In this document: positions 35,671 to 47,594 of the stretch, piece after piece
How the letters are laid out: the number at the start of each line of letters is the position of its first letter
Position numbering within the stretch: the stretch's first letter is position 1
Source of the DNA: Isurus oxyrinchus
Taxonomy: Eukaryota
Assembly (NCBI GenBank): GCA_026770705.1
Contig: JANJGN010000026.1
Span: 38,378,001-38,442,000, forward strand
Direction of reading: 5' to 3'
Length of the DNA: 64,000 nt
The notes under the pieces: model-generated
The model's input: only the letters and a program-made list of their open reading frames with translations
What the model was told of the DNA's origin: nothing
Database searches by the model: none
Translations under genes and position numbers: made by a program

Positions 35671-36297
35671 CCAGGAAATTATAAAGGAAATGAATGAGAA
35701 AATACATCCTGATCCAGGCAGGTTTGTCCAGCTTGAATCATCGCTGTCAGTCTTAAGGAAATTTAAATTTCTCGATCATTTTAAGTTAGGGTCAAGTTCA
35801 GATATTCCCACCCCCGGTTTTAGTAAAAATATGTAGATTTCTGAATGAATACCAGAGCCCCCATCTCCTGGCTTGACACTTCAGGTCAAATTTTGAAAAG
35901 ACCCCTCACCATTGCAGAGTCATGATCGCTTAATTATGTCCCTCATTCACTTTCCGCTAAGATTAGTCATGCAACCCATTGTCTGTGGAATGATTTTGAT
36001 TATTTTCCACTTCACGTGTTACAGGGGGGATTGGGGGTGGAGGAGGGAGACAGACAGAGAGAGAGAAACAGAGAGGGGGGTGGTGAAAGCGCGAGAGAGA
36101 AAGACAGAAAGAAAGACAGAAAGAAAGAAAGAAAGAACAAATGAAAGAAAGAAAGTCAGAGGGATAGAGAGACAAGCCAAACCAAAATCCCGCATTCACA
36201 CAATAAGTGGATACCCTTCTGTCTTTAATATCAGAAAGAATGGTCAATAAATTTAAAACATTCTGCGATTCTCTATCATATTCAAAACCAGATATTA

Positions 36298-36716
36298 CGT
36301 GCTCCCATGTCTCTTTCTGATAATAGCATTCGAGCTATTATTCATGAGCTTATTTACTCCCAGAATTTCGACAAACTTTGTGTTTTTGTTACAGGAACGA
36401 GTGCCCAAGATTCAGTGTCTCAGGATCCTCCTGAATTAATGGTTCAAGGAAGACAGACGCCGATCTGTAGTTACGCCACATCCACCAGCAAACTCGACTG
36501 ATATATCAAATATCCCGGTGGTGTTCCGAGATTTTTACTGAAGAGTTTTGGTAATGGGCAAGGACATAATTCTCCAGTTTTCTCAGAAAGGTTTTCTCCT
36601 GATTTGGATAAAAAGAAGAAACCTGCCCATTTAACCCTTGTCCCTGACTGTGCCGCGTATCACTGAGCACAGAGCCCCATGCTGTTACAGAGCCACAGTC
36701 AAGGTGTAAAAAACGC
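36298..36716 (+). pseudogene. TCR V pseudogene (DSVSQDP family)
   Basis: Exon from 36395 GTSAQDSVSQDPPELMV..ICSYATSTSKLD*YIKYPGGVPRFLLK..DCAAYH*AQSP. Eroded RSS CATGCTG, 23 bp, AAAAAACGC. Confidence 0.85.
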
Positions 36717-37280
36717 GAGAAGGCGCCCTCATCTACCGTCTCAGAATCAATTCTGTGGCCTGGATTGTTAACTGGTAATAGAACAGAAACCAAATTAAAG
36801 ACTAGTATGGCTGAATGGCACATTGCTAAGTTGCAGGCCCTGTGTCATTCTCTGGAGCCTTCATCTTAATATCAGCTGTGGATGTTTCCCATGGTCAGTA
36901 AGCAGCACCTTTAATGCAGCCTGCGGCATTCATACAAGGACAACATTAATCATTTCCCTTCATTGCCAACTCCTCACACACTGAGCCCTATGAAAGGGCC
37001 AACGTTTAGTTGAATCCTCATCTCGATCCCCGCTGGAGGAATAATAACTTCACTGATCCGTTGCACTCCTCTCTGACGCAACTAACTGGAGAGCAATGGA
37101 CTTGTGAGCTGATTGGATGAATTGGAGGACAAAGGCTCGTGGAGCTGATTGGACGTCACTTGATGACTCTTTAAGGAATGGACGAATCGCTGGGGAGACC
37201 GGATATAAATGAATATCTTTAAGTCCTCAATTACAGATTCAGTCCGTTCTGTTTCAACCCACTACCAATTCGGGGCAAAG

Positions 37281-37580
37281 ATGTTGGCTTTTGCTTTTTA
37301 TTCATTTCTCACAGCTGCAGCTCTCTTACCCGGTAAATCTATAAGTTAGACAATCTTCCTCTTGCAGGACTCATTGACATTCATTTAATGATGTTTCCCT
37401 CTACCTTCATTGTGATCTGTTACATTATGCTGCTAGTTATCATAAAATGACAATAAAATAAGATATTAACTTTCTTTATACCTAAATATCTGCAGAAATT
37501 CAGGGTGCAGACTCCATCTCACAAGAGCCGGTTACATCAATGTGATTTGTAGGAGATGAGGTGACAATTAAGTACTGAAA
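37281..37580 (+). pseudogene. Truncated member of the Tyr23/Leu41 V family
   Basis: Leader MLAFAFYSFLTAAALLP|gtaaat; exon from 37496 IQGADSISQEPVTSM*FVGDEVTIKY*. Confidence 0.8.
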
Positions 37581-39229
37581 TTGGGCAGATTTGGCACTGA
37601 GACATAATCCCAGCCTGATGGGATAAATGGAAGTGGATATTAATTCATTCTGCAGGACTCGGTGATGAGGTGTCATTATTTGTCCTCATTATTTGTCCTC
37701 GAATTACGACTCCAATCCCAGAGAAATGTGAATGGCTCTTTAAAGCTTTGACAAATGAGAGAAAGTTGTGCGTTGTAGCAGGGCAAACAGAGATGGGACA
37801 CAAATATTAAGAAAATGGGAAGGAAATACTCAGTAGGTCGGGCAGAATCTGAGAATAACAACAATATATTTAATGTTCTGGGACAGTGACCTTTCATCAG
37901 AACTAGGACGCTTTTACTTGGAAATGAAGGGCAGGGAGAGAAGAAGAACAGAAGGGACGAACTGTGATGGGGTTCAGGGAGAAGAGATTAAATAAGAAAA
38001 ATATTCATGGTTCAGGACCAAACGTGCAGTAACTGGACATGTAAAGAAACAGAAAATGTGTCTACAGGATGTGTGAATGGCAGGTTTCTGAAAAGTAGGA
38101 TTCAAAAAGCAAAGAAAATGGAATAAGGGCACATCAGAAACGCAAAACAAAACCAACTGGCGAGGAAAATAGAAATAAAATTGGAAATCAAGTCGGCTGG
38201 CCAGTAACGCCCACATCCGGAGGATGAAGAAAACTTCCTGAGCCATTACAACACATGATTATTACATCTCAAAATCATCATTGCATCCTCTCCCCTTCCT
38301 TCTCAGTCTACTACCTTTAATTAAAGTTATGGAAAATTCTCTAGTTCATCTTCTTTATGTCTAAAACACTTTAGTCCAGTTTTGGTGACTTGATGAGCTC
38401 TTTGTGTGGTCGACAATTTCACTTCAAATGTTCAGTTTCACAATGAAAACACGCCTGTTTTCCATTACAGGAATTCCCAGCAGGGAACAGATTCGTTTTA
38501 AATCAATTAACATCAATGGTTCAATGCAACACATGTAGGTGATTCCCTCATGGAGGGGCGGGCTCCACTCTCGGGAATGGATGGAGTCTGTTGCGTGATC
38601 CGGACATTGCACACAGCGCTCTGAAGCAGATTCTCCTCAAGAAAACGCTAAATTAAAATTAAAAAGTGCATTTTTCTGCATCCTGGAAATTAGAGATTTA
38701 AACAAGAATTAAGTGCATATAACGAACGGTGCTAGAAACAGGAGTAAGGCAAGTTACGAAATGCATCTGAATCCAATAAGTGGTTTCTTCACAAGTTAGT
38801 TCAAATGTCTTACCCTATCACTAAATTGCCCAATCACCAGAATTGTTTTGGGAAACTCGAATACATTGGATGAGGCTTCATGTAAATATGTTCAAGGCTG
38901 AGTGAGACAGATTTTTGATCCACCAGATAATCTCCTGTTATGGCTGACATGTAGGAGAGTGGAGTTAAAACACAGTCAGATCAACCATCTAACTGACTGG
39001 CCGAGCAGACTTAAGCGCCAAATGGCTGCTCGTGCTCCTATTACTTATCTTCTTAATTCTTAAGTTCTTTTGCAACACGCCTAAGAAGAAATCACCTGGC
39101 CGTTATGACTTTGCTGTGTGTGGAATCTTGTTGTTTGTGTATTCACCGCCAAGTATCATATATTACAACAGTTGATTGGCTGTTAGGATCTTTGGGATAT
39201 TGTGTCCTTCTGAAATGCGCTATAAATAC

Positions 39230-39760
39230 ACGAAGGAGAAAGATAGATAAGATAGAGAGCTAGAGGGAGCCAGAGGGAAATGTCAGAAAGAAAGAGAGAA
39301 AGAGAAACGGGTAAAAAAAAGAGTAAAGGAGAGATAGAGAAAAAAGCGAAAGGCATATATAGAGAGAAAGCAAGATAGAGAAAGAGCGATAGAGAAAAAG
39401 AGCGAGATAAAGAGAAAACTAGATAGAGGCTCATACAGTCACGGTGAGGAAATTCGAAAGAGAGGAGAAAAAGGGGGAAGAGAAAGAGACGGCAGGAAAC
39501 ATACAAATTTAAGGCGATAGAGAGGTCAGGGTGGGGGCAGGGATGGAGAGACAAAGAGAAAAGGATGAGATGAAAAGAGAGGGCTGATATAGGGAATCAT
39601 ACACAAAGAGAGAGAAAGAGAGAAGGGTATGGAGAATCAGAGAGAGAGGGGAAAAGGATGTAGAAAAGAGAATGAGAGAGCTGGGCACAGAGAGGGAGGA
39701 GATGGAAAATCAGACACAGGAAGTTAGGCAAAGTAAGATTAGGAGAGAAATTAGAGAGTT
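39230..39760. repeat. GA-rich low-complexity tract
   Basis: Purine-rich degenerate GAGA/GAAA repeats. Confidence 0.85.
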
Positions 39761-39887
39761 TCATACTCACCATCCCAATTGTTCTGTATTCCCTTGACGG
39801 ACTCTCACACTCCTTCCGCCTCCCTTCCCATGGCGAGGAGAGAGACCCTGGGCAACGGGGTTTGGGCTGGGTGGGGGGAGGTTTAAA

Positions 39888-40018
39888 NNNNNNNNNNNNN
39901 NNNNNNNNNNNNNNNNNNNNNNNNNNNNNNNNNNNNNNNNNNNNNNNNNNNNNNNNNNNNNNNNNNNNNNNNNNNNNNNNNNNNNNNNNNNNNNNNNNNN
40001 NNNNNNNNNNNNNNNNNN
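39888..40018. other. Assembly gap
   Basis: Run of N. Confidence 1.
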
Positions 40019-41178
40019 AGGCATTAATGCTCACCCAAAGCCGCGTGGTCTAGAAAAAGACGCATTGATTCTCCAAACCTCTTATACCTCCCATGCCTGT
40101 CAGTCAAGCTTTCTGCATCTCCCAAATTATAACCCCCTCCCGTCCCCACCCCCCTCCCGCCATCCAACCAGCTTTCAGCTACCTCCACCTGAGGCACACC
40201 AACCCCAGGTGTGGCACAGAACAACCGAAATATTTGTTTGACTGGGGGGTTGGAAAACAGCAGGTAAATGGTTCAGTGCAGGGTTGTCTCCCCCCACTCT
40301 CTCTTTCTTCCCCCACCCTCCTCATCAGTCTCACAACTCAGGAACTATGGAGCTGAGAATCTGCAACTTGGAACTAAAGGAGGGAGCAGTTGGGGATTAG
40401 TCATTCATTCTGTAGCTCATTTTATGCCGGACTGAAGTAGTTAGACTGTTCCATCATCTGCTGCTTTATACTAACATTCCGTCAAGTTCAAACTTCAACA
40501 CTTTCTCCCCGCTGTGTCTGTTGCTCACTGCATTGACTATTTCCATTCAGCTTTACAGGACCATCTCTTGTGTCCACTGGAAAGCTATGACTCAGTCCAG
40601 CTCTTTGCGCTTCAGACCTTACCGGTGCCAATGACACCGGGTCCAGGCTGCATGATTCATGGCAGTGAACTTAGTGCTGAGCAGTCAATGGTCCAGGCGT
40701 TTAAAACATTCAGAGATATTGAAATCCTTTAACACATGAAGGTGAGGGAGGGGGAGGCAAAGAATTAAAGTGCGTTTGGTCTGTGATATGATGGAAAATG
40801 GGGACAGGTGAAATGCTGCTTGGTGCCTTAGCGAGGCTGATCTGGACAGACATGCAGTGGCTCCTGTCTTTCAGCCCGAGTGGGCTGCATGATGCAGGAC
40901 TCTGTGTTCTTTGGTTGTACACACACGCACACATTGAGATAAACATCAACTCCTGTACCATGCGGCAATAAGGCTGGAAACTGTGCACTTAGCTTCCCAA
41001 AGAATACACTTTATTCATGGAATATCTGAAAATGCATTGATTGCAGGACATAAAGTGCAGTGCAGTTCACTCTCCTTCAGTGCAGTGTGTGTGTGGCACT
41101 CTGAGCCACTTCTATACAGTTCCAAATTGGTTAGATTTACAATTCGCATTTCACAATATCAAACATTCTCTGAAGCAT

Positions 41179-44023
41179 AAAAACAAAAAACTGTGGATGC
41201 TGGAAATCGAAAACAAAAACAGAATTACCTGGAAAAACTCAGCAGGTCTATCAGCATCGATGGAGAAGAAAAGTATTGACGTTTCAAGTTCTCATAACCC
41301 TTCCACACAACTGAGTGAATATAAGGAGAGGGGTGAAATATAAGCTGGTCTAGGGTGGGGGCTGAAGGGGAGATGTGGTTGGGGGGGGTGGTGTCGGCAG
41401 TGTGGTTGTAGGGACAAGCAAGCTGTGATAGGAGCAGATAATCAAAAGATGTCACAGACAAAAGAACAAAAGAACACAGAGGTGTTGAAGGTAGTGATAT
41501 TATCTAAACGAATGTGCTAATTAAGAATGGATGGTTAGGCACTCAAGGTACAGCTCTATTTGGGGTGGGGTGGAAATAGTAGCAGGGCGTAAAAGATGAA
41601 AAAATAATGGAAATAGGTGGGAAAAGAAAAAACTATATACATTATTGGAAAAAACAAAAGGAAGTGGGAAGAAACAGAAGGGGGGTGGGGATGGAGGAGG
41701 GAGGTCAAGATCTAAAGTTGTTGAATTCAATATTCAGTCCAGAAGGCTGTAAACTGCCTCGTCGGAAGATGAGCTGCTGTGCCTCCAGTTTGCGTTGGGC
41801 TTCACTGGAACAATGCAGCAAGCCAAGGACAGACATGTGGGCAAGAGAGCAGGGTGGAGTGTTAAAATGGCAAGCGACAAGGAGGTTTGGGTAATTCTTG
41901 CGGACAGACCACAGGTGTTCTGCAAAGCAGTCGCCCATGTTACGTTTGGTCACTCCAATGTAGAGGAGACCGCATTGGGAGCAACGAATGCAGTAGACTA
42001 AGTTGGGGGAAATGCAAGTGAAATGCTGCTTCACTTGAAAGGAGTGTTTGGGCCCGTGGATGGCGAGAAGAGAGGAAGTGAAGGGGCAGGTGTTGCATCT
42101 TTTGAGTGGGCATGGGGAGGTGCCATAGGTAGGGGTTGAGGAGTAGGGGGTGATGGAGGAGTGGACAAGGGTGTCCAGGAGGGAACAATTCCTACGGAAT
42201 GCCGCCGGGGGGTGGGTTGGGGGTGTGGGGGTGTGAAGGGGAGATGTGTTTGGTGGTGGCATCATGCTGGAGTTGGCGGAAATGGCGATGGATGATGCTT
42301 TGAATGCGGAGGCTGGTCGGGTGATAAGTGAGGACAAGGGAGACCCTATCCTGTTTCTGGGAGGGAGGAGAAAGCGTGAGGGCAGATGCGCAGGAGATAG
42401 GCCAGACACGGTTGAGGGCCATGTCAATGATCGTTGGTGGAAAACCTCGGTTAAGGAAGAAGGAGGACATGTCAGAGGAACTGTTTTTGCGGGTAGCATC
42501 ATGAGAACAGATGTGACGGAGGCGAAGGAACTGAGAGAATGGGATGCAGTTCTTACAGGAAGCGGGGTGTGAGGAGCTGTAGTCGAGGTTGCTTTTGGAG
42601 TCTGTAGGCTTGTAATGGATATTGGTGGACAGTCTCTCACCAGAGATTGAGACAGAGAGGTCAAGGAAGGGAAGGGAAGTTTCAGAGATGGACCATGTGA
42701 AAATGATGGAGGGGTGGAGATTGAAAGCAAAATTAAGAAATTTTTCCAAGTCCCGACGAGAGCACGAAGCAGCACCGAGGTAATCATCAATGTACCGGCG
42801 AAAGAGATGTGGAACGGGGCCGGAATAGGACTGGAACAAGGAATGTTCCACATACCCCATAAAGAGACAGACATAGCTGGGGCCCATGCGGGTACCCATA
42901 GCCACACCATTTATTTGGAGGAAGTGAGAGGAGTTCAAGGAGAGATTGTTCAGTGTGGGAAAAAGTTCAGCCAGACAGAGGAGAGTAGTGGTGGATGGGG
43001 ATTGTTCGGGCCACTGTTCGAGGTAGAAGCTAAGGGCCCTGAGAACATCCTGGTGGGGGATGAGGTGTAGAGGGAATGGACGTCCATGGTGAAGAGGAAG
43101 CGGTTGTGGCCAGGAAACTGGAAATTGTTGATGTGATGTAAGGTGTCAGAGGAATAACTTCCTCTCTCCTCACCGTCCAAGGGCCCAAGTATTCCTTTCA
43201 AGTGAAGCAGCATTTCACTTGCATTTCCCCCAACTTACTCTACTGCATTCGTTGCTTCCAATGCGGTCTCTTCTACATTTACAAAAGTAAACTGGGTGAC
43301 CGCTTTGCAGGACACCTGTGGTCTGCCTGCAAGAATTACCCAAACCTCCTGTCGCTTGTCATTTTAACACTCCACCCTGCTCTCTTGCCCACATGTCTGT
43401 CCTTGGCTTGCTGCATTGTTCCAGTGAAGCCCAATGCAAACTGGAGGAACAGCACCTCATCTTCCGACGAGGCAGTTTACAGCCTTCTGGACTGAATATT
43501 GAATTCAACAACTTTAGATCTTGAACTCCCTCCTCCATCCCCACCCCCTTTCAGTTTCTTCCCACTTCCTTTTGTTTTTTCCAATAATTTATGTGGATTT
43601 ATCTTTTCCCACCTATTTCCATTATTTTTAAATCTTTTATGCCCTGCTACTCTTTCCACCCCACCCCCATTAGAGCTGTACCTTGAGTGACCTACCATCC
43701 ATTCTTAATTAGCACATTCGTTTAGATAATATCACTACCTTCAACACCTCTGTGTTCTTTTGTTCTTTTGTCGGTGACATCTTCTGATTATCTGCTCCTA
43801 TTACTGCTTGCTTGTCCCTACAACCACACCACCACCCCACCACTTCTCTCCCCGCCCCCCCCACACCCCCTCCCCCACCTCAAACCAGCTTATATTTCAA
43901 CCCTCTCCTTATATTCACTCAGTTGTGTGGAAGATTCATAAGGATTCGAAATGTCAAATCTTTTCTCCTCCGCTGATGCTGCCAGACCTGCTGACTTTTT
44001 CTAGGTCATTCTGTTTTTTATTT
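41179..44023 (-). mobile_element. Penelope-like retroelement (RT plus GIY-YIG endonuclease), 5'-truncated, with an inverted copy of its 3' end
   Basis: ORF 42192-42938 has GVAMGTRMGPSY, FRRYIDD and FLD RT motifs. ORF 41705-42910 ends with NLVYCIRCSQCGLLYIGVT (GIY-YIG). 43159-44023 is an inverted copy of about 41200-42080. Direct repeat TCTGAAGCAT at 41169-41178 and 44024-44033. Confidence 0.92.
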
Positions 44024-44825
44024 TCTGAAGCATTGTGTTCCAGAGATCAGACTGATGACACTCCCGAAGATCACGAGATCTCCCGCACACTTTTCCATGT
44101 ATTAAACGAATCACAGCTCTTACACAGCTTCCAGCTTCGAAGACAGTGGTTTTCCGGTTTTATTTCTGCATTGATTTCCATTCCTCCCTAACTCCCCTTG
44201 AACCAGGATGTGTGTTCACAGCTCAAGTCCGCGAGGGTCACTGTTAATGCAGTGAGACAATTTTGCTGGACTCTCTCTGTATCAACAAGCATTGTAATCC
44301 CTAAATGTATCACAATTGTATTGAAGCTGCTCAGAGTGCAACATGATCTATGTCGATAACTTGAATAGCTTTGCACTTTCTGACTGTCTGTAATGACTAT
44401 TTTGAAATGCCTGTAATGTTCATTGATTGTATTGAAGGACCTCATGTCCTATGTGGAAATTGAATATGATTGCAACTTTTGTGATGATCACTTTGAAATG
44501 TTTTGGAATGTTCTTTCAGGTATTTTATGAATAAAGTATATTTTTCTCCAAAAAAGCATAGTACTCATATTTATCTACTGGGATCTCACTTGGTCTTTCA
44601 GATTAAACAAGGAGCTGCAATGGATTTACCTACCTTACCAATGTTAGAAATAAAAGTCATGAATCTATCGCTTCAGCTGTTTGTTCACCGACCTGTAACT
44701 AAAGTGTATGTTGTAGCTTAATTACCTCTCTGGAGACTGTCAACTGGTATAAATGAGGGACCCTTTGAAAGCGTCGCAGAGTTAAGATATGCATCATTCA
44801 GAATCTTTTTGGTTTCTGAAAGACG

Positions 44826-47594
44826 ATGCACGGGCCAGCGAATGGAGCATTCTATGCCGTTTACTATCCCGTTCTCGCTTTTATTGGTGCCCCGGGTGAG
44901 TTATGAATCCCAAATAAATTATTTTTTTTTTGTAAATCCCCAAAATGCTGTCCCTTCTCTTTCTGGATCGCGCTGAACTTTCGTAATACTCGGCACTGTG
45001 TAAGTATAGAGGACTTACTGGATTATGGTGTATTATAGTGCATTATTTGCATTTGTGTTGTTCAATAAATTAGGTGGCCAACTTAGCGAACAACCGTCTA
45101 TTAGATTGCAGAAATGTTAATTATAATGCATGGCATTTTACGCACGTTATATTGTTGAACAATAGAAAATATTCTAATGTAGTAAAATGCATTCTGGTGT
45201 TTTTCGTATTAGATGGAACAATAGCGTATCTTAGAGCCATAAAATGCATTCCCGTGCACTGATTTTATAAAAGTACTGAAAATGAATCAAAAGCGCAATC
45301 ATTATTCAAGATGGATCTTGATGTTACAATTCATTCAATGATTCCACTAATACCCAAGGCGGCGCCTGAAAGCATGTTCTAGTTACAACGTTGTGCGTTC
45401 CCACTTGGCAATTCCTTTTGTAAATATGGCCATAGGAATGAATAATGGAAACTTTTGGCAGAGGTGAATGGGGGTGCAAGATTTTTAACCAGTTGCTATT
45501 TTGTTGGGTGGTGTTAGGTTTTGTGCATTTGGACTTTATTTTGGATAATTATGTTTTTTATTGAATGATGGCACGTGGCTGGCACTGGGAGGGTCAGCAT
45601 TTATTGTCCATCCCTCCTTTCCATTTGAGGAATTTGAGTTGCACTTTTTTTTCTTGAGTCTCTGCAGGACGAATGGTGTAAATGTTTCACAGAATTCTTG
45701 GCAAACAAATTTGATAAGGAATCGCACAAAGATATATGAATCAGATGTCAAAACGTTTGATCAACGAAGTACGTTTTTAAAAACAATTGAAAAATAAGTA
45801 AAGAGAGACGGAGGGTGGGTTCGGAATTCTTTATCTTAGAAGATGAAAGAATAAATTTTAGTGATGGAGCGGTTAATATCAGGGATGCTCATGGGAGCAG
45901 AGTTGGATGTACGCTGTGATCTCAGATTGTTTTAAGGCTGCAGGATTTTACAGGGATCTGGAGTGGCGACGCTAAAGATCGGTTTGAAAATCAGGAAGAG
46001 AATATTGAAATAGAGGCTTTAGCAGACAAGGGTCCAGTGTAGCTCAGTGAGCAAAGTGGTGATTGATCAACGGGACTTGGTGTGGGTAAGGGTATGGGGA
46101 GCTATTTCTTTTTTGAATGAGTTGAAGTTCAATAACGATGCGAAGTTATATACCGCTCAAAAGACTTCCAATGGTCATGAGCCTAGTTATAAGAAAGGGT
46201 TGGGTACGGTTTTAACAGCGGTTAAGCTAAGGCAGGGTTAGAGACAGGCGATATTATGGGCTGTATTAGAAAGTTTGAAGGATGCAGTGTCAGTGTTTAT
46301 GATAGACATGGGGATGTGGGCGTTTGGAAATTTATCTCACGGTCAAACAAGAGATAACCGTTGTAAAGACCGTCGAACCTCATAAGATAGTGAGCCACGG
46401 GAATGGGATCAGTGGCCAGAGGGCGGACTTTGTGGCGAGAACTGATTTTAATGTCCTTTATGTTGACAAATGTTCAATCCAACATTGGATGTCGAACAGT
46501 TAGCAACTGAGTTGGAATAATTGGAGTCTGGAGGTGGTGAAGGGGCTGATCAAGAGAGTTTTAGAACCAGATTCGATGAGGCAGTAGCTCGTGTCTGGAG
46601 TTCACTCGGTTACATCTCTTTCTTTCTATTTCTTGCAGCCAACTTGGTGGCGATCATAATCCTGTCCCGAGGACGGTGCGGACTCTCCAGATGCATCACC
46701 TACTACCTGGTGGCGATAGCAGTGACTGATTTCCTTGTCATGATCGCTGCCGTTATCCTCAACCGGATTGGTGGCATTTACTTTAAGTATAGTGTCCTAT
46801 CTACCACCCCGGGGTGCGCTGTCAGCACTGTGTTTGTCTATGCCACCCGGGATGGCTCAGTCTGGCTGACTGTCGCCTTCACCTTCGACCGTTTTGTGGC
46901 CATCTGCTGTCAGAGCCTGAAGGCCAGATACTGCACTGAGAAAAGTGCGGTGCTGGTTATAGGATTGGTCAGTGCCCTGAGCTGCGCCAAGAACGTCCCT
47001 TTCTACTTCACCTATCAGCCCTTGTATAGTCTGGATGGGGTGTCCTGGTTCTGCGACATTAAGTCCAGCTACTACCTATTGCCCGCCTGGCAGGCCTATG
47101 ACTGGCTAGATCACATCTTGACTCCTTTCCTCCCTTTCATCCTCATTCTGCTGCTCAATGCCCTGACTGTAAGGCACATCTTAGCAGCCAGCAGAACCCG
47201 CAGGAGGCTCCGGGGCGCCGAGAGTCACGGAGACCCAGAGATCGCCAACCGCAAGAGGTCCATTGTCCTGCTCTTCACTATCTCCCTCAGCTTCCTCCTC
47301 CTGTGGGTCACCTATGTCGGACATTTCCTCTTCGTGCGGATTACGGGTGACGCCTACTTCACTGGTCTGGATTTCAATGACCCACACTTCATGCTTCAAG
47401 AGACAACCAACATGCTGCAGTTATTCAGTTCCTGCAATAACATCTTCATCTACGCAGTAGCCCAGACTAAGTTCAGGGATGAGCTGAAGAAGGTGCTGAA
47501 TTGCCCCTTTACGACCCTCGCCTTTTGCTTCGAATGGTGTGTTATCAAGCAGTTAGGGGCCAGTGATGTTTTGTTTAAAGTAGACAAAGTTTGA
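44826..47594 (+). CDS. GPR139-like class A G protein-coupled receptor, two exons (44826-44895, 46639-47594), about 341 aa
   Basis: Exon 1 MHGPANGAFYAVYYPVLAFIGAP with phase-1 GTGAG donor. Exon 2 follows ttcttgcag: ANLVAIIILSRGRCGLSRCITYYLVAIAVTD..FTFDRFVAICC..NIFIY. Seven hydrophobic segments, no stops. Confidence 0.9.

Noticed and set aside
46521-46638. N-terminal 39 aa of the 357-aa ORF
   Set aside because: Intronic read-through upstream of the acceptor at 46637-46638. The likely true N-terminus is the exon at 44826-44895.
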